64,000 nucleotides of DNA from Phoronis australis (taxonomy: Eukaryota > Animalia > Phoronida), in NCBI GenBank assembly GCA_002633005.1, contig NMRA01000270.1, positions 78,617 to 142,616 of the forward strand, in the 5' to 3' direction. Below, in pieces: positions 1 through 11,542 of the stretch; the first letter of the stretch is position 1; every line of letters starts with the position of its first letter. Both the position numbers and the translations under genes were made by a program. Under the pieces are notes generated by a model. That model saw only the letters and a list, made by a program, of their open reading frames with translations. It did no database searches and had not been told where the DNA came from.

Positions 1-113
1 GGCCAGTTATCACGGTTACCATGTACATGCCCAGTTGCTTGGCAACAGCAACCATGTCTTTGATAGCCATCAACTTGCCCGCAATCAAACACATAATGCC
101 GAATGGCGAGTAC
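1..113 (-). CDS. SLC1A2: EAAT2-like transporter exon, runs off the window ([37 protein letters not shown])
   Basis: tacag|G TAC acceptor completes the TG|G Trp codon from the previous exon. YSP.GI.CLI.GK..AIKD...[13 protein letters not shown] is typical of EAAT2. Confidence 0.96.
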
Positions 114-762
114 CTGTAGACAGAAATATACCATTAATTTCTTCCTGGAAGTGCTTCTTGAGTGTCTTGGGTCTACAAAACAAACCCTAGTTACTCCAAC
201 AAGGTATCTGAGGAACGTTTACTATCAATGCAAATTAACTTTTTTTATCTGATCCAATAAGGCCGTCCCGGATTACACAGCGATAGAACTCTTCTTTGAC
301 CTGGAGGTAAGAAAGCACGTTATTTTCGTTGGCCTAGCTTTGAAATATCAAGTACATTTTTCAAAAGTCATAACAGAAACAATCAGGTGCCCGAAACATT
401 CCTGATTCCAAGTGTTTTAAAAGTATCAGAATAGAAAGGTATCTAAAATATCTTTTTGTTTTCGTATTTTGCAAATTTTTTTCATGAAAGTCCCATTTCT
501 GACAGCCCTTAATGCAAAAGTGGAAGTATTTGAAGACAACTGAGTAAAGCACAAAATTTGAAAGTTGCACGACACATTCAGCCATTTCCGATATATGGTG
601 TTCCAAAGTTAGCCAAATTTGGACACGTAACAGAGTTACTGCCCTCTATGGGACACTTCGGACACACAAGACAGAGTTACTTGCCCATCAGATATTTTTA
701 ATACAGAAATGCACAAAACAGTGTTACTGACACCTACAAGACACTTTCAACAAACGAGAGTT

Positions 763-975
763 ACTGCCCCCTATGGGATACTTTGATCATACCAGACAGT
801 GACACTGTCCCCTATGGGATACCTTGATCATACCAGACAGTGACATTGCCCCCTATGGGATACTTTGATCATACCAGACAGTGACACTGCCCCCAATGGA
901 ATACTTTGATCATACCAGAAAGTGACACTGCCCCCTATGGGATACTTTGATCATACCAGACAATGACACTGCCAC
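763..975. repeat. 41-bp minisatellite, ~5 copies (actgccccctatgggatactttgatcataccagacagtgac), with degenerate relatives at ~630-700 and ~1530-1635
   Basis: Direct tandem units read by eye; unit starts at 763 and 804. Confidence 0.92.
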
Positions 976-1117
976 TTATGCGACACTTTTCAGACAAGAC
1001 AGCGTTAAGCTAACCCCTTTGCAATTTAGCACATTCTAAAATTTCCCACAACCAAAATTATTTAACAAAAACAACACTTTTACCCATCTCTTAATTCGAA
1101 CATAGTGCAGAAGTTCA

Positions 1118-1330
1118 CATGTTTACTTTCTATTCATTTGCACATCCCTAGTGAACCCATGCTGACCTGTTTCTAACATTTTCTGCACCAATAATTAGCT
1201 ACGATTATCATGTTTACTTTCTATTCATTCGTACATCCCTAGTGAGCACATCCGGACCTATTTCTAAAATTTTGCACACCAATTATTATCCCCAATCATG
1301 TTTACATTCTATTCATTTGCACATCCTTGA
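1118..1330. repeat. Diverged ~90-bp tandem repeat, 3 partial copies (catgtttactttctattcatttgcacatccct)
   Basis: The core recurs near 1118, 1209 and 1297. Confidence 0.75.
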
Positions 1331-1661
1331 GAGCATGCTAACGTATTTATAAAACGGACTTTCCTACTCACATTAGTGCCAAAACATGGACTTTTCCATT
1401 TATTCACACATTGGTTGCCAACGATTATTTTACTTTTCATTCATTTCGAACACTGGCTGTATGATATTTCCAGCTATTCAATTGCTTTGTTTTATTTTGT
1501 GCGAAATTGTAGAGCGGTTACCGTACTGGGCACCATGGGACACTCTTAATAAACTATACAACATTTCTGCCCCCTATGGGACACTTTCAACACACAAGAG
1601 AGTGTACTGACCCCTATAGGACACCTTCAACACATACACTATTGTTTAGATTGACACTCAC

Positions 1662-1788
1662 CACATAATGATGTGAACCAGTCGCATGATTACTTCATTC
1701 AGTTCACAGAAGAAGTCCAGCATCACACGAGCTCTCTCTCCTAGTTTGCTTACAATGATACCAAAAGCAATACAGAAGGCTATAATTC
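1662..1788 (-). CDS. SLC1A2: EAAT2-like transporter exon (GIIAFCIAFGIIVSKLGERARVMLDFFCELNEVIMRLVHIIMW)
   Basis: ttacag|GA acceptor and TG|gtgagt donor, 127 nt, phase 1 to 2. Matches the EAAT2 pattern GLIGFFIAFG...DFF..LNE.VM.LV..IMW. Confidence 0.96.
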
Positions 1789-1972
1789 CTGTAATAAGAA
1801 AATGTCGAATGTTAATGGCACACACCTCAAAGCACCAATAACCCCACCTTCCATTACAAAAAACAACTTTTGGTTTGACCACTTTCTGTACTGAAACTTT
1901 GATGGTCTCAAAATGTTCCTTCATCAAGTTGGAGGAGACTTCAGGGCTTCAAAAGCGCTGACCACTCGACTT

Positions 1973-2179
1973 AGACTCTACAAAGTGGCTTGTCACAGCA
2001 TGTCACCCTAAGACCAGATTCTACAAAGTGGCTTGTCACAGCATGTCATCCTAAGACCAGACTCTACAAAGTGACTTGTCACAGCATGTCACCCTAAGAC
2101 CAGACTCTACAAAGTGGCTTGTCACAGCATGTCATCCTAAGACCAGACTCTACAAAGTGGCTTGTCACAGCATGTCATC
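1973..2179. repeat. 43-bp minisatellite, ~4.8 copies (ctacaaagtggcttgtcacagcatgtcaycctaagaccagayt)
   Basis: Near-identical contiguous units. It explains the twin ORFs at 2076 and 2119, which are offset by 43. Confidence 0.95.
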
Positions 2180-2236
2180 TTATGAGTCAAACCATTGGTC
2201 TCAAGGAATACACAACTGCCAGTTTGTTCCAAGATC

Positions 2237-3980
2237 AACAAGAGCAACGCAGAGCGTTGAAATGCGCCCACGAATGCATCGCAAATGGTGTGCTTTTAGG
2301 GTTATTTATTTATATCAAAAAAATGGCCACTAGATGGCGCAAAAACATACAATCCATCCAAAAACAGGAACATGCCATATTTCAGAAAAATCTGTCGAGG
2401 AACTTCAGAGAAACAAACGAAAACAGAATAAAATGGAATTGCCATTTGGGGGCACAGCGTCCGTTCCATCCACCTGAAAGTCTTCGTCTGTTATCTAAAT
2501 ATAAGTTCACTTAAGAAATTTAGTCAAGATCCTGCAGTGGGTTTTGGAGATACAGCTAAGGACGCAAAACAAAACAAAACCACCACTAGGAGGCGCCACA
2601 GTAGTCAGTCACCATCATCAAACGTCCTCTTCAAACTGAAAACATATATGCCAATTTTCAAAACCATCCCTAGAATGATTTGGTTGATCGAGGGGTGGAC
2701 GCCAAAAACAAGATTAGAAAACGGCAAAAATGGCCACCAGGTGGCGCAAAATAACTCGATTCCATCCAAAAACAGGAAGATAGCGTCATCTCACCAATAG
2801 ATGCCTTTATTCAAAATTTTATGAAAATCTGTAGAGGACCTTTGAAGATACAGACTGCTAAACATAAAAAACTAAAACTGCCACTAGGGGGCTCACCAGT
2901 AGTCAGACCTGTCCGAAAATCGTCTTCATCTATTGTCAACATCAAATAAATACACTTGCTAAATTAAGTAAAGACCCTGAAAACAGTTTAATAGATACAG
3001 CCATGATTGCAAAAAAAACTGCCAATAGGAGGCAGCCCAGTAGTCAAAGTCGTCAGAAAATCATCGTCAGCCGTCCACTTAGTAGTAAAAACATACATGC
3101 CAATTTTTACAATTATCCTGAAAACGGTTTGGTTGATAGATAAGTGGACGCCAAAAAACTCGAAAAGAGTAAAAATGGCCAATAGGTGGCCCAAACTAGG
3201 TCGAATTCATCTGAAAACGGAGAGATAGCTACATCTCATTAATAGATGCCTATATGCCAAATTTTATGACAATACGATGAGGACCTTTGAAGATACAGAG
3301 GTAAACGTAAAAAAATAAAACTGCCACTAGGTGGCACACCAGTTGTCAGATCTGTCCAAAAGTCGTCGTCTGTTGTTAACATCATATAAATATACTTACT
3401 AAATTTCGTAAAGATCCTGCAAACGGTTTAGGAGATACAGCCATAGGTGCAAAAAAAAACTGCCACTAGGATGCGCCACAGTAGTCAAAATCGTCGGAAA
3501 ATCATCGTCAACCGTCCCCTTCATAGTAAGCACACACACGCCAATTTTCACAATCATCCTTTGAGCGGTTTAGTTGATAGAGGGGTGGACGCAAAGAAAC
3601 AGACTCGAAAACAGTAAAAATGGCCACTGGGTGGCGCAAACTACGTCGAATCCACCCGAAAACAGGAGGATAGCGTCATCTCAATAATAGGTGCCTACAT
3701 ACCAAATTTCATGAAAATCTGTTAAGGACTTTTGAAGATACAAAGGTAAGCGTAAAAAACTAAAATTGCCACTAGGAGGCACACCAGTAGTCAGATTCGT
3801 TTGAAAGTTCGCTCATGCCGTCCCATCTATAAAAGGAACACATATGCAAAATTTCATGAATATACCTCAATCGGTTTTGGAGATAGAGCAGCGAACGCCA
3901 GACGCCACCCGAACAGATGGACGGACGGATGCAGATGACGGCATAATGCGTCCACACAGAAATATGTGGGCGCATAAAAA
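2237..3980 (+). mobile_element. Full-length non-autonomous Helentron-associated (HINE/DINE-1/pearl-like) element with an internal tandem array
   Basis: Starts AACAAGAG. The 5' subterminal atgcgcccac is inverted relative to the 3' gtgggcgcat. It has ~11 diverged ~145-bp internal units, a GGAC/GGAT microsatellite near 3915-3940, and a 3' hairpin (atgcgtccaca...tgtgggcgcat) followed by AAAAA. Both ends recur elsewhere in the window. The family assignment comes from architecture only. Confidence 0.8.
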
Positions 3981-4730
3981 TCACGTCTTATCTGAGTAAG
4001 GAACAAGATGATACCAATTTTGTAGCGGTAGGTGGTCTAAATTAAACTTCACTTCTCGGACGGAACGCGGCGGGTTTGTAGCCACTTCAAGTTTGACATC
4101 ACATCAGAACAGGTTACTGTTTTTGCTTATCACTGTAGTTATCAAGTGTTGACAATGAGTGTTCAAAATTTAATATGAAGTTAAATCCAGTGCTCCAAGC
4201 TTGCCTTCAATCAAACCAAATAAAAAAATATTGCAGACAATGAAGCAAGATTCGATTAATTACAGCATTAGACAATTACAACAACCTCCATTTTGGACAT
4301 CTCTCTGAATATGAAGCCGATTTTGCACTTTCGGAATAAAACCATTACACCCACTTGAAAAGCATGAGGAACCCAGTACAGGTAAAATTGACAGTCAGAT
4401 GATGATTTTCTCAAGGTTCAAGTTTACTAATGTGAACTTAATAGCCCATTAATTCAGTCCTACTGCTTGGGCTGCTTGGTCACCAGTGTATTCCTCATTA
4501 TGTCATAAAACTATATGTGCCTGCTGTTTGTTGGCAGCCCAGCCAGAGAGCTCTATTGTATTGGCAGGGAACGAGTAATTAAAACTTGCACCTCAGTTCC
4601 CAAATTTAATTGGGTTTTGGCTTGAATTTTTACCTGTACTAGGTCCGTCATGAGCATTTTAAAAGTAGAGTAACAGTTAAAAGCGTAAAACAATCTTGGA
4701 AATCACTGGAAACCATCAACAACACCTTAC

Positions 4731-4966
4731 CCAGCACATTAGGTCCCTGACTAAAGACAAGTTTCTTGGTCCTCTTAAAGCCTGGTGCAGGGGTCCCCGT
4801 TCCATTGGTTACATTCAGCGTGTATTCCACCATTGTGTCTAGAATCTCAATCGCTTCCACGCTTAAGTTGCCCGTAATGTTGGGACTTGGCTTGATGGGA
4901 ACGTCTTTATATATAGTTTTCTGGTTCATGAAACACGCTTGGAATAAGTTCTCAGGGACTAAGTTC
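4731..4966 (-). CDS. SLC1A2: EAAT2-like transporter exon, TM4 region and extracellular loop (NLVPENLFQACF...GPNVLG)
   Basis: gcag|G acceptor and G|gtaagg donor, 236 nt, phase 2 to 1. NL.PENL.QACF and NVLG motifs are present, with four N-glycosylation sequons (NIT, NLS, NVT, NGT) in the loop. Confidence 0.96.
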
Positions 4967-5202
4967 CTGCAAAAGAAGTTTGAAAGCCAGAGTAAGAAAT
5001 CTGATAATCTCAACTGGTCTAATCCATTCCACCAACAGGCTACGCCTCAACCATAAGTACAATCACGCTTTTTCAGCAATACGTCTGGAGCCCTGCCAAA
5101 CTATTTGGAGCATAATATGGAAACTTCATGCTAAAACTCTATATTCTACAAGTTCTTGTAGCTGTTAGAGTGTAGCACCTACCGCAGCCTAGCTAGTTAC
5201 AA

Positions 5203-5272
5203 CATGGGCGGCGCATCATGGGCACCATAGAGGGCTATAGCCATAACTTATTTCAGTGCTGCGCCGCCCATG
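5203..5272. mobile_element. 70-bp miniature inverted-repeat element
   Basis: CATGGGCGGCGCA...TGCGCCGCCCATG terminal inverted repeat, with TACAA on both flanks. Confidence 0.6.
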
Positions 5273-6042
5273 TACAAGGCAGCATAACAATGACTTTCAG
5301 CCACACAGATAGTTGGCTAGCTACACTTATTAATAAACAATTAGAAAATTCGAAGATTTAATCGAGTTGAACTTGAAACCAAAATAACTAATACAAACAC
5401 CTGCATGCCACTTCTTCAATATTCAAATGAGGCAAAATGCGTCAATATGTGCTATCATCAGCTGACATTGTTTTCAGTGACCTGAGTTAGCAGCATTTCA
5501 CACACTATATACACACACACCCCTTTAAGAGTCACATTTCGCGTTGCTATTCACAACACTATATTATGAACAAGCTTTTTGTCGAGGGAAAGGACATCTA
5601 TAAACTACATTGGCTGACCTTCCCAACGACTAGTGATCATAGTAAAAACAGCAGTCATGGCAGCACTTCTTAACAAAATTGAGTACAATTTCATACAATA
5701 TTGTTCATGTTACAGTTGACTGAATTGGAAAATAAACCATGAACATGTTCAATCAGCCATGCTTTCATTGTTCAAGGTGTCGATTGAGTACCCCGCCAGT
5801 AATTTTCGTTTCAGTATTGGGTACAGTACCGGCACCAAGAAGCAGTGTCTAACATTGCATTCTATAGAAGGGTACTAAATTGAAGTAATTTTTGCTTGAT
5901 TTCATCAAGAGCATGCAGTTGCAATAATTGTCTGTGAATGCTTTTTCGTTAAGAAGAAAGACTTACACACAAATAAATTAAGACATAAAAAGAAATGAAT
6001 TGATCAAATAAACGTGCAATTTGAATAACAGTTCAACCAAAC

Positions 6043-6265
6043 CTTATAACATCTAGGAAAGCATCCAATGTGTTCAGGTTCTGAGTAGTATCAATGTCAG
6101 AATCATAAGGCTGGGAGTCAGCCACTCTGAGCTTGGGGTCACCGGGGTGGATGACAATGACAAGAATGATACCCAAGACGGCCGCCATGACTGTGGTGGA
6201 AAAGTAGTAGAGAAGTACACGACTGCCCAACTTGCCAAAGGCTTGGGCATCCAGTCGAGCTAGAC
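6043..6265 (-). CDS. SLC1A2: EAAT2-like transporter exon, TM3 (GLARLDAQAFGKLGSRVLLYYFSTT...IHPGDPKL...LDAFLDVIR)
   Basis: tgcag|GT acceptor and AG|gtttgg donor, 223 nt, phase 1 to 2. YYxSTT, IHPG and LDAFLD.IR are SLC1 motifs. Confidence 0.96.
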
Positions 6266-6879
6266 CTGCAGGGAAGAGGGAAACGTCATTGCACCACCAG
6301 CCAATCTGCTAGCTTACTATGTTAGTCATAACATTGACAGCAATTTTACTCAATTAAAGCCACCACCTACAGACACATTAAATGACGAGTACTTCCTTAT
6401 AGAAAGAGTATTAGCCCTCAGAATTTTAAAAGATATCATTAAGCAGAATGTAGTTCATTGCAGTTGCAAAATTTCGAGAAATTTCACACTTTGAAACAGA
6501 AGAGACCAATGCACCTGAAACTAGTCTCTTCATGACCGATGATCAAATCTCTGTATTTGGAATCCCACTACGAAAGTTTTGACATTTTCCATTCTTTTTC
6601 TGTGCAAACTCAAGATATGCGTCTCAGTTGTTCTTTGCTAATCTAAGAGCACATTACGTTTTCTGCCGACGATTGCCTATTCCTAGTTATCACTTGACGA
6701 CCCCAACAATAAAGTTATAAGTTTGAGTCTGAACTCAAAATTTCGAGTTTTCATTTAACGTATAAATATCATCTTTTTCAGTGAGGCGTGGAATATGTTG
6801 CAAGTTGTTTATCCAGTTCAATCCGCCATCTTTTTGATCACATCACGTGACCTAATGAATATAAGCCCGAAAAGATTTC

Positions 6880-6917
6880 TGCCCCCGACCGGGACTCGAA
6901 CCCAGGACCTTCTGCTA
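6880..6917 (-). repeat. tRNA-derived fragment (3' half/B-box), probably a SINE-like remnant and not a tRNA gene
   Basis: Minus strand reads gaaggtcctgGGTTCGAGTCCcggtcggggg, a T-arm/B-box. The D-arm and 5' acceptor strand are missing. Confidence 0.55.
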
Positions 6918-7299
6918 ATCTCGACTTTTTACTGTTGATGCACCAATTACTGCATCAAGGAGTCTAAATAATCCTGACACATGTCAAACTTCCCTTCTCT
7001 CAAGGAGAAAAGCACAGGAAAATGCCTAGCTTGAAATATTATCTTTATTTTGGGTAAGGGCATAGTTACACGCTTCTGAAAATTTGAAGTATTTACCATT
7101 GCATTATTTTGCCTGAACAAAATTGGTGCACATAAGCAACGTCAGCTCCGACAAAGGGGCTTTTCTGCAATAATGTACCTTTTTCATATACTTAAAAGGA
7201 TACTTAGCCCTGTTTTGATGATTTCAACCAATCCTTGTAGCAATCAATTGCTGAGTCAGTACAAAAATTCTAAGCAAGACCAAGCTTTGGGCCACGTAC

Positions 7300-7498
7300 C
7301 TGCAATCATACTGGACACAACCAGCGGTATGATCAACATTTTTAGGAACCTCATCAACAAGTCACCAGGGAAGTTCACCAGCATGATGGCGTCATCGCTA
7401 GGATCGGTCAGACGTAGACAGAGGCCGAGAATTGTACCAAGGAATACCCCGGCTATGGTCAACACTAGTAGAAGGTTAGTCTTACACCAGTCTGCAGT
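7300..7498 (-). CDS. SLC1A2: EAAT2-like transporter exon, TM1-TM2 (TADWCKTNLLLVLTIAGVFLG...FPGDLLMRFLKMLIIPLVVSSMIAG)
   Basis: ttctag| acceptor and G|gtacgt donor, 199 nt, phase 0 to 1. FPGDxLMRxLKMLIxPLxxSS is the SLC1 family TM2 signature. Confidence 0.95.
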
Positions 7499-7920
7499 CT
7501 AGAAGCAGTAACCAATTCAGTGTGAAACAGTAATGCACGGAGGGCTCTTAACTTCTAAACTTCAATTTGTACATAAAATAAAACTCAGATTTCAAACCAT
7601 TGAAGAACTGTCTCACTCTCACATACCAGGAATTTTCTAGACCCGTGAAGTTTTAAGGGATAAGTGCAAGAACCATAGTATTAATTTTCCGTTGGTTAAA
7701 AGATTAATAGCGTTGCCCTGTATAATATTGAATGGCATAGTATGTTTTTGCATGGACAACTGCAGTGACTCAATAAAAATTAAAAGAGGAAGTCATGCTA
7801 GAACGAGATAAGAATCAAACCCAAAACTCTTTACAAAGTTTTTGGTTTGAGCAAGTCACCTAACCAGTTTTATAAATCCACTTCAGTTTTCCAACCATTG
7901 GCTGCAGATCAAAGGATTCC

Positions 7921-9794
7921 CTCTATTCAGGGAGTCATGAGCAGGGATAATTGGCTTTACTCATGCAGAGGTAATCAGGTGATAATGACATACTACAGGA
8001 TCAGTCTTTAAAGTAAATTTGGCTGTAAAGTTTGTAAACCAAATTAAAACCTTTTGCTGATTGAAGCCATGAATGGTTCAAATTAACCCTTAGGAGCCAA
8101 CCCTAAAATGGCTCATACCTTATAGACCTAATTCACACAGGGAACATTGAAATCCAAAGTATTATGCTGAATGCAAGGTTATGTTTCTTCTTGTAAATTG
8201 TTGATAAAAAATGCTTTCTACACGAACCAGGTCATCTGCTCGTATTGTTGACGAGTTGGAGATATATTCGACAGTAGTGGCACATCGCATTTTGCCGTCA
8301 TGTGCAATTAGTCACATCTGATTTAATTTGTTGATCAAGAATATTAACATGATAGCCTAGGTCCTGGCGATGTAGGGACTACCAGAACTAACAGTTGATT
8401 TGTCATTGATCTGAAAAAATAATTGATGTTAATAAATATTTTTTATTAAAATAAAAAACAAGGCTCAAAATTGAAAATAAAAATTATTTGACCCTCGATT
8501 CTGCTTTCTTGGTTTTAATAATTCTTTCGTCTATTTCATGTGTTAGGTTTCAAATATCAATCTGGACCAAGTTGAATTTTAAAATTTACAGCTAATTCGT
8601 TCGTCCAAAGCATAATCTCGTTTTAGAGCTCTTCAGTTAACTGGATAGAGCAAGCATAGTTATCGTGTTTCTTCAGGGGCCTCCTTCATCCGAGGGGAAA
8701 GGAGCCCAGTGTGCCTTCTGAGAGAGGAATTTTTCGCTGAGTGAGGGGAAATATCTACCCCCGATCTCCATCAATAGCACCCTTGCCCTGTTGCAAGCTC
8801 TCATAGGCTGTCTCAAGTAGCATTTTGTTTTCTTTCAAACTGTCACCTGCGTGGCNCTCTATTCAGGGAGTCATGAGCAGGGATAATTGGCTTTACTCAT
8901 GCAGAGGTAATCAGGTGATAATGACATACTACAGGATCAGTCTTTAAAGTAAATTTGGCTGTAAAGTTTGTAAACCAAATTAAAACCTTTTGCTGATTGA
9001 AGCCATGAATGGTTCAAATTAACCCTTAGGAGCCAACCCTAAAATGGCTCATACCTTATAGACCTAATTCACACAGGGAACATTGAAATCCAAAGTATTA
9101 TGCTGAATGCAAGGTTATGTTTCTTCTTGTAAATTGTTGATAAAAAATGCTTTCTACACGAACCAGGTCATCTGCTCGTATTGTTGACGAGTTGGAGATA
9201 TATTCGACAGTAGTGGCACATCGCATTTTGCCGTCATGTGCAATTAGTCACATCTGGTTTAATTTGTTGATCAAGAATATTAACATGATAGCCTAGGTCC
9301 TGGCGATGTAGGGACTACCGGAACTAACAGTTGAATTGTCATTGATCTGAAAAAATAATTGATGTTAATAAATATTTTTTATTAAAATAAAAAACAAGGC
9401 TCAAAATTGAAAATAAAAATTATTTGACCCTCGATTCTGCTTTCTTGGTTTTAATAATTCTTTCGTCTATTTCATGTGTTAGGTTTCAAATATCAATCTG
9501 GACCAAGTTGAATTTTAAAATTTACAGCTAATTCGTTCGTCCAAAGCATAATCTCGTTTTAGAGCTCAATTTCAGTTAACTGGATAGAGCAAGCATAGTT
9601 ATCGTGTTTCTTCAGGGGCCTCCTTCATCCGAGGGGAAAGGAGCCCAGTGTGCCTTCTGAGAGAGGAATTTTTCGCTGAGTGAGGGTAAATATCTACCCC
9701 CGATCTCCATCAATAGCACCCTTGCCCTGTTGCAAGCTCTCATAGGCTGTCTCAAGTAGCATTTTGTTTTCTTTCAAACTGTCACCTGCGTGGC
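7921..9794. repeat. ~935-bp near-identical tandem duplication (7921-8855 / 8857-9794) split by a single N; probable assembly artefact
   Basis: The sequence after the n at 8856 restarts exactly at ctctattcagggag (7921). I noticed only about five differences, one of them a 3-bp indel. Confidence 0.93.
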
Positions 9795-10835
9795 TAAAGG
9801 TGATTTGAACTTAGGAGAGAAATTTTCAATCACAAAGGGAATTTTTAGGCCTCGTGGGGAGAATATCGCGTTATTTTTCAATATTTCTGATAGGGAATAG
9901 GGCCGATACTTGGCCCCAAAATCGAGAGATTGAGGGGCTTGTCCTTTTTGGAAAGAAAAGTGCATCGCGTTTCAACCCGTAGTCATGAAAACACAGCCTG
10001 GCTGGCCGAAAATTGTCCAGTCATTTGTGCCGTATCTTTGGCGTCCCTTGGCAGATCCGAAATTTGGTCAGTGGATAGATCTTTTCAAGTGCTATCAGCC
10101 ATGTGAAATCCGTTTCTAGACATGAATTACCATTCTTGCCATATTTACTGCTCAGGTGCCTGATTGTTCTTTTGTTGACTTGTTATATTTGTGTGATCAC
10201 ATTTTCATCTGATTGACATGAAATTTACGTAGAGTAGTTTGGTTTTGGCCGAAATTGGATGCAAGGTGGGACTGTGAGTCATATTTTTCGAATTATGTTT
10301 GTTAAGCTCTCGCTCCACGATCCTATGGCCTAATCTTTTCAAATTTGGTAATGTAAATAGATCTCTTCACGAGCTATCTAATACATTTTCATCATTGATC
10401 TCACCTTAAATTTTCATTTGATTGTCCCAAGTGTGTCTCTCTAAAGCGCTTTCATTTTTATTTCTTCGATTGGTCTGCTGTTTAGATTTCATATTGTGCA
10501 TATATAAATTAATATTAATAATATTTTTCAATATCCAATATAGATCTGGGTTATTCTAGCCAGACAATACAGAATTGGTGAAAATATTCGATCAACATTC
10601 TAACTATTCACTGCAATCATAATCAAACTGGCCCCTGAGGAATTACCATTTTATGGCCAGAGGCAACCTCCTCAGCCATTCCCTGGAAAGATAGTTCCCA
10701 GCAAGGTTTTATCAGCCAATTATACTCTCATCACTAGGTCACATTAGAAGTCAGCTCTAAGTGACTGTGGATAAAACTGGTGTTGACAGCTTCTTAGAGC
10801 TTAAAAGGGAATGTGGAAGACAAACTGAAGTTTAA

Positions 10836-11232
10836 AGTGGAACTTGCAGGCTAATTCCTTACCTCTGTGATTGCCTAGTCAAATTAGTTAGAAACACAAC
10901 ATATAGCCAAAATGTGAAATTGAAGTAGGTTGAAAACTGTCAAATGTTTTAAAGAACAAATTTTGTGTTGAAAATGATCCCCTGTAAATCACTCATTATA
11001 GTATTGTGAGGTGGTGTTGGGGAATAACACAGCATGATACGAGTTATGTGAGCTCCCAAGGTACGTCATTAGTGCAAAGGTCACCTATTTGCAGAATTTT
11101 TTGTTTTCATATTAACAAGTTGTCAATGAATACAGCCTGCACTTTGTTTAGCATAGATGATGTTCAAATAACATTAATGTTTAGTTCCTGGCTGTTATAC
11201 ATTAGCATAGTTGGGAGCTTGCAAATACAACT
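10836..11232. mobile_element. TTAA-flanked non-autonomous DNA transposon (Kolobok-like)
   Basis: TTAA|AGTGGAACTTGCAGGCT...AGCTTGCAAATACAACT|TTAA imperfect TIR. A second copy lies at ~45985-46331. Confidence 0.6.
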
Positions 11233-11446
11233 TTAAATGTGGTGGACAGATGTCCCCAATCTGCAGGCGGACAAATTAGCCTTTTCAATTTAAAAAGAGA
11301 TTGGCACAGCACTTCTTGAATTTTCAGTCATTAACTTGTACATGAACAAGCGTGTGCCAGAGAAAATGATCACATGTCAGCTGGAGAAGCTCATCGCAAA
11401 GTGGGCATTAACCGCTGACATTGATACCTTTGTCAACATATGATAC

Positions 11447-11542
11447 CTTTCGTAAGCAGTTCTGGCATTTCGACCCTTCTGGTTCCCTGACCTTGACTTG
11501 GCCCTCTTCCATCATTGGCTCCTTTGATTTGGCATCCTCCAT
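11447..11542 (-). CDS. SLC1A2: EAAT2-like glutamate transporter, first coding exon (MEDAKSKEPMMEEGQVKVREPEGSKCQNCLRK)
   Basis: Minus strand reads tgtttcag|attgtagaaaATG...CGA AAG|gtatca. It has 32 codons and a phase-0 donor that joins in frame to the 7498 acceptor (TADWCKTNLLL). An in-frame TAG lies two codons before the ATG. There is no family motif in this exon, so the call rests on splice logic. The symbol means 'SLC1A2-like'. Confidence 0.75.

Noticed and set aside
1973-2179. CRISPR-like appearance of the 43-bp repeats (also the 41-bp and 23-bp arrays)
   Set aside because: The units are contiguous with no unique spacers, there are no cas genes, and the context is eukaryotic with spliceosomal introns.
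2076-3984. ORFs of 68-131 aa in this interval as genes
   Set aside because: They are translations of minisatellite and transposon tandem units. Their mutual similarity comes from the DNA repeat.
6880-6917. tRNA gene
   Set aside because: Only the T-arm and 3' acceptor side are present, so no cloverleaf can be formed.
4766-7502. Plus-strand ORFs at 4766-5056 and 7173-7502
   Set aside because: They are antisense shadows of the SLC1 exons.
7921-9794. Genuine recent tandem duplication
   Set aside because: The breakpoint coincides exactly with an N gap character, so an assembly overlap is the simpler explanation.
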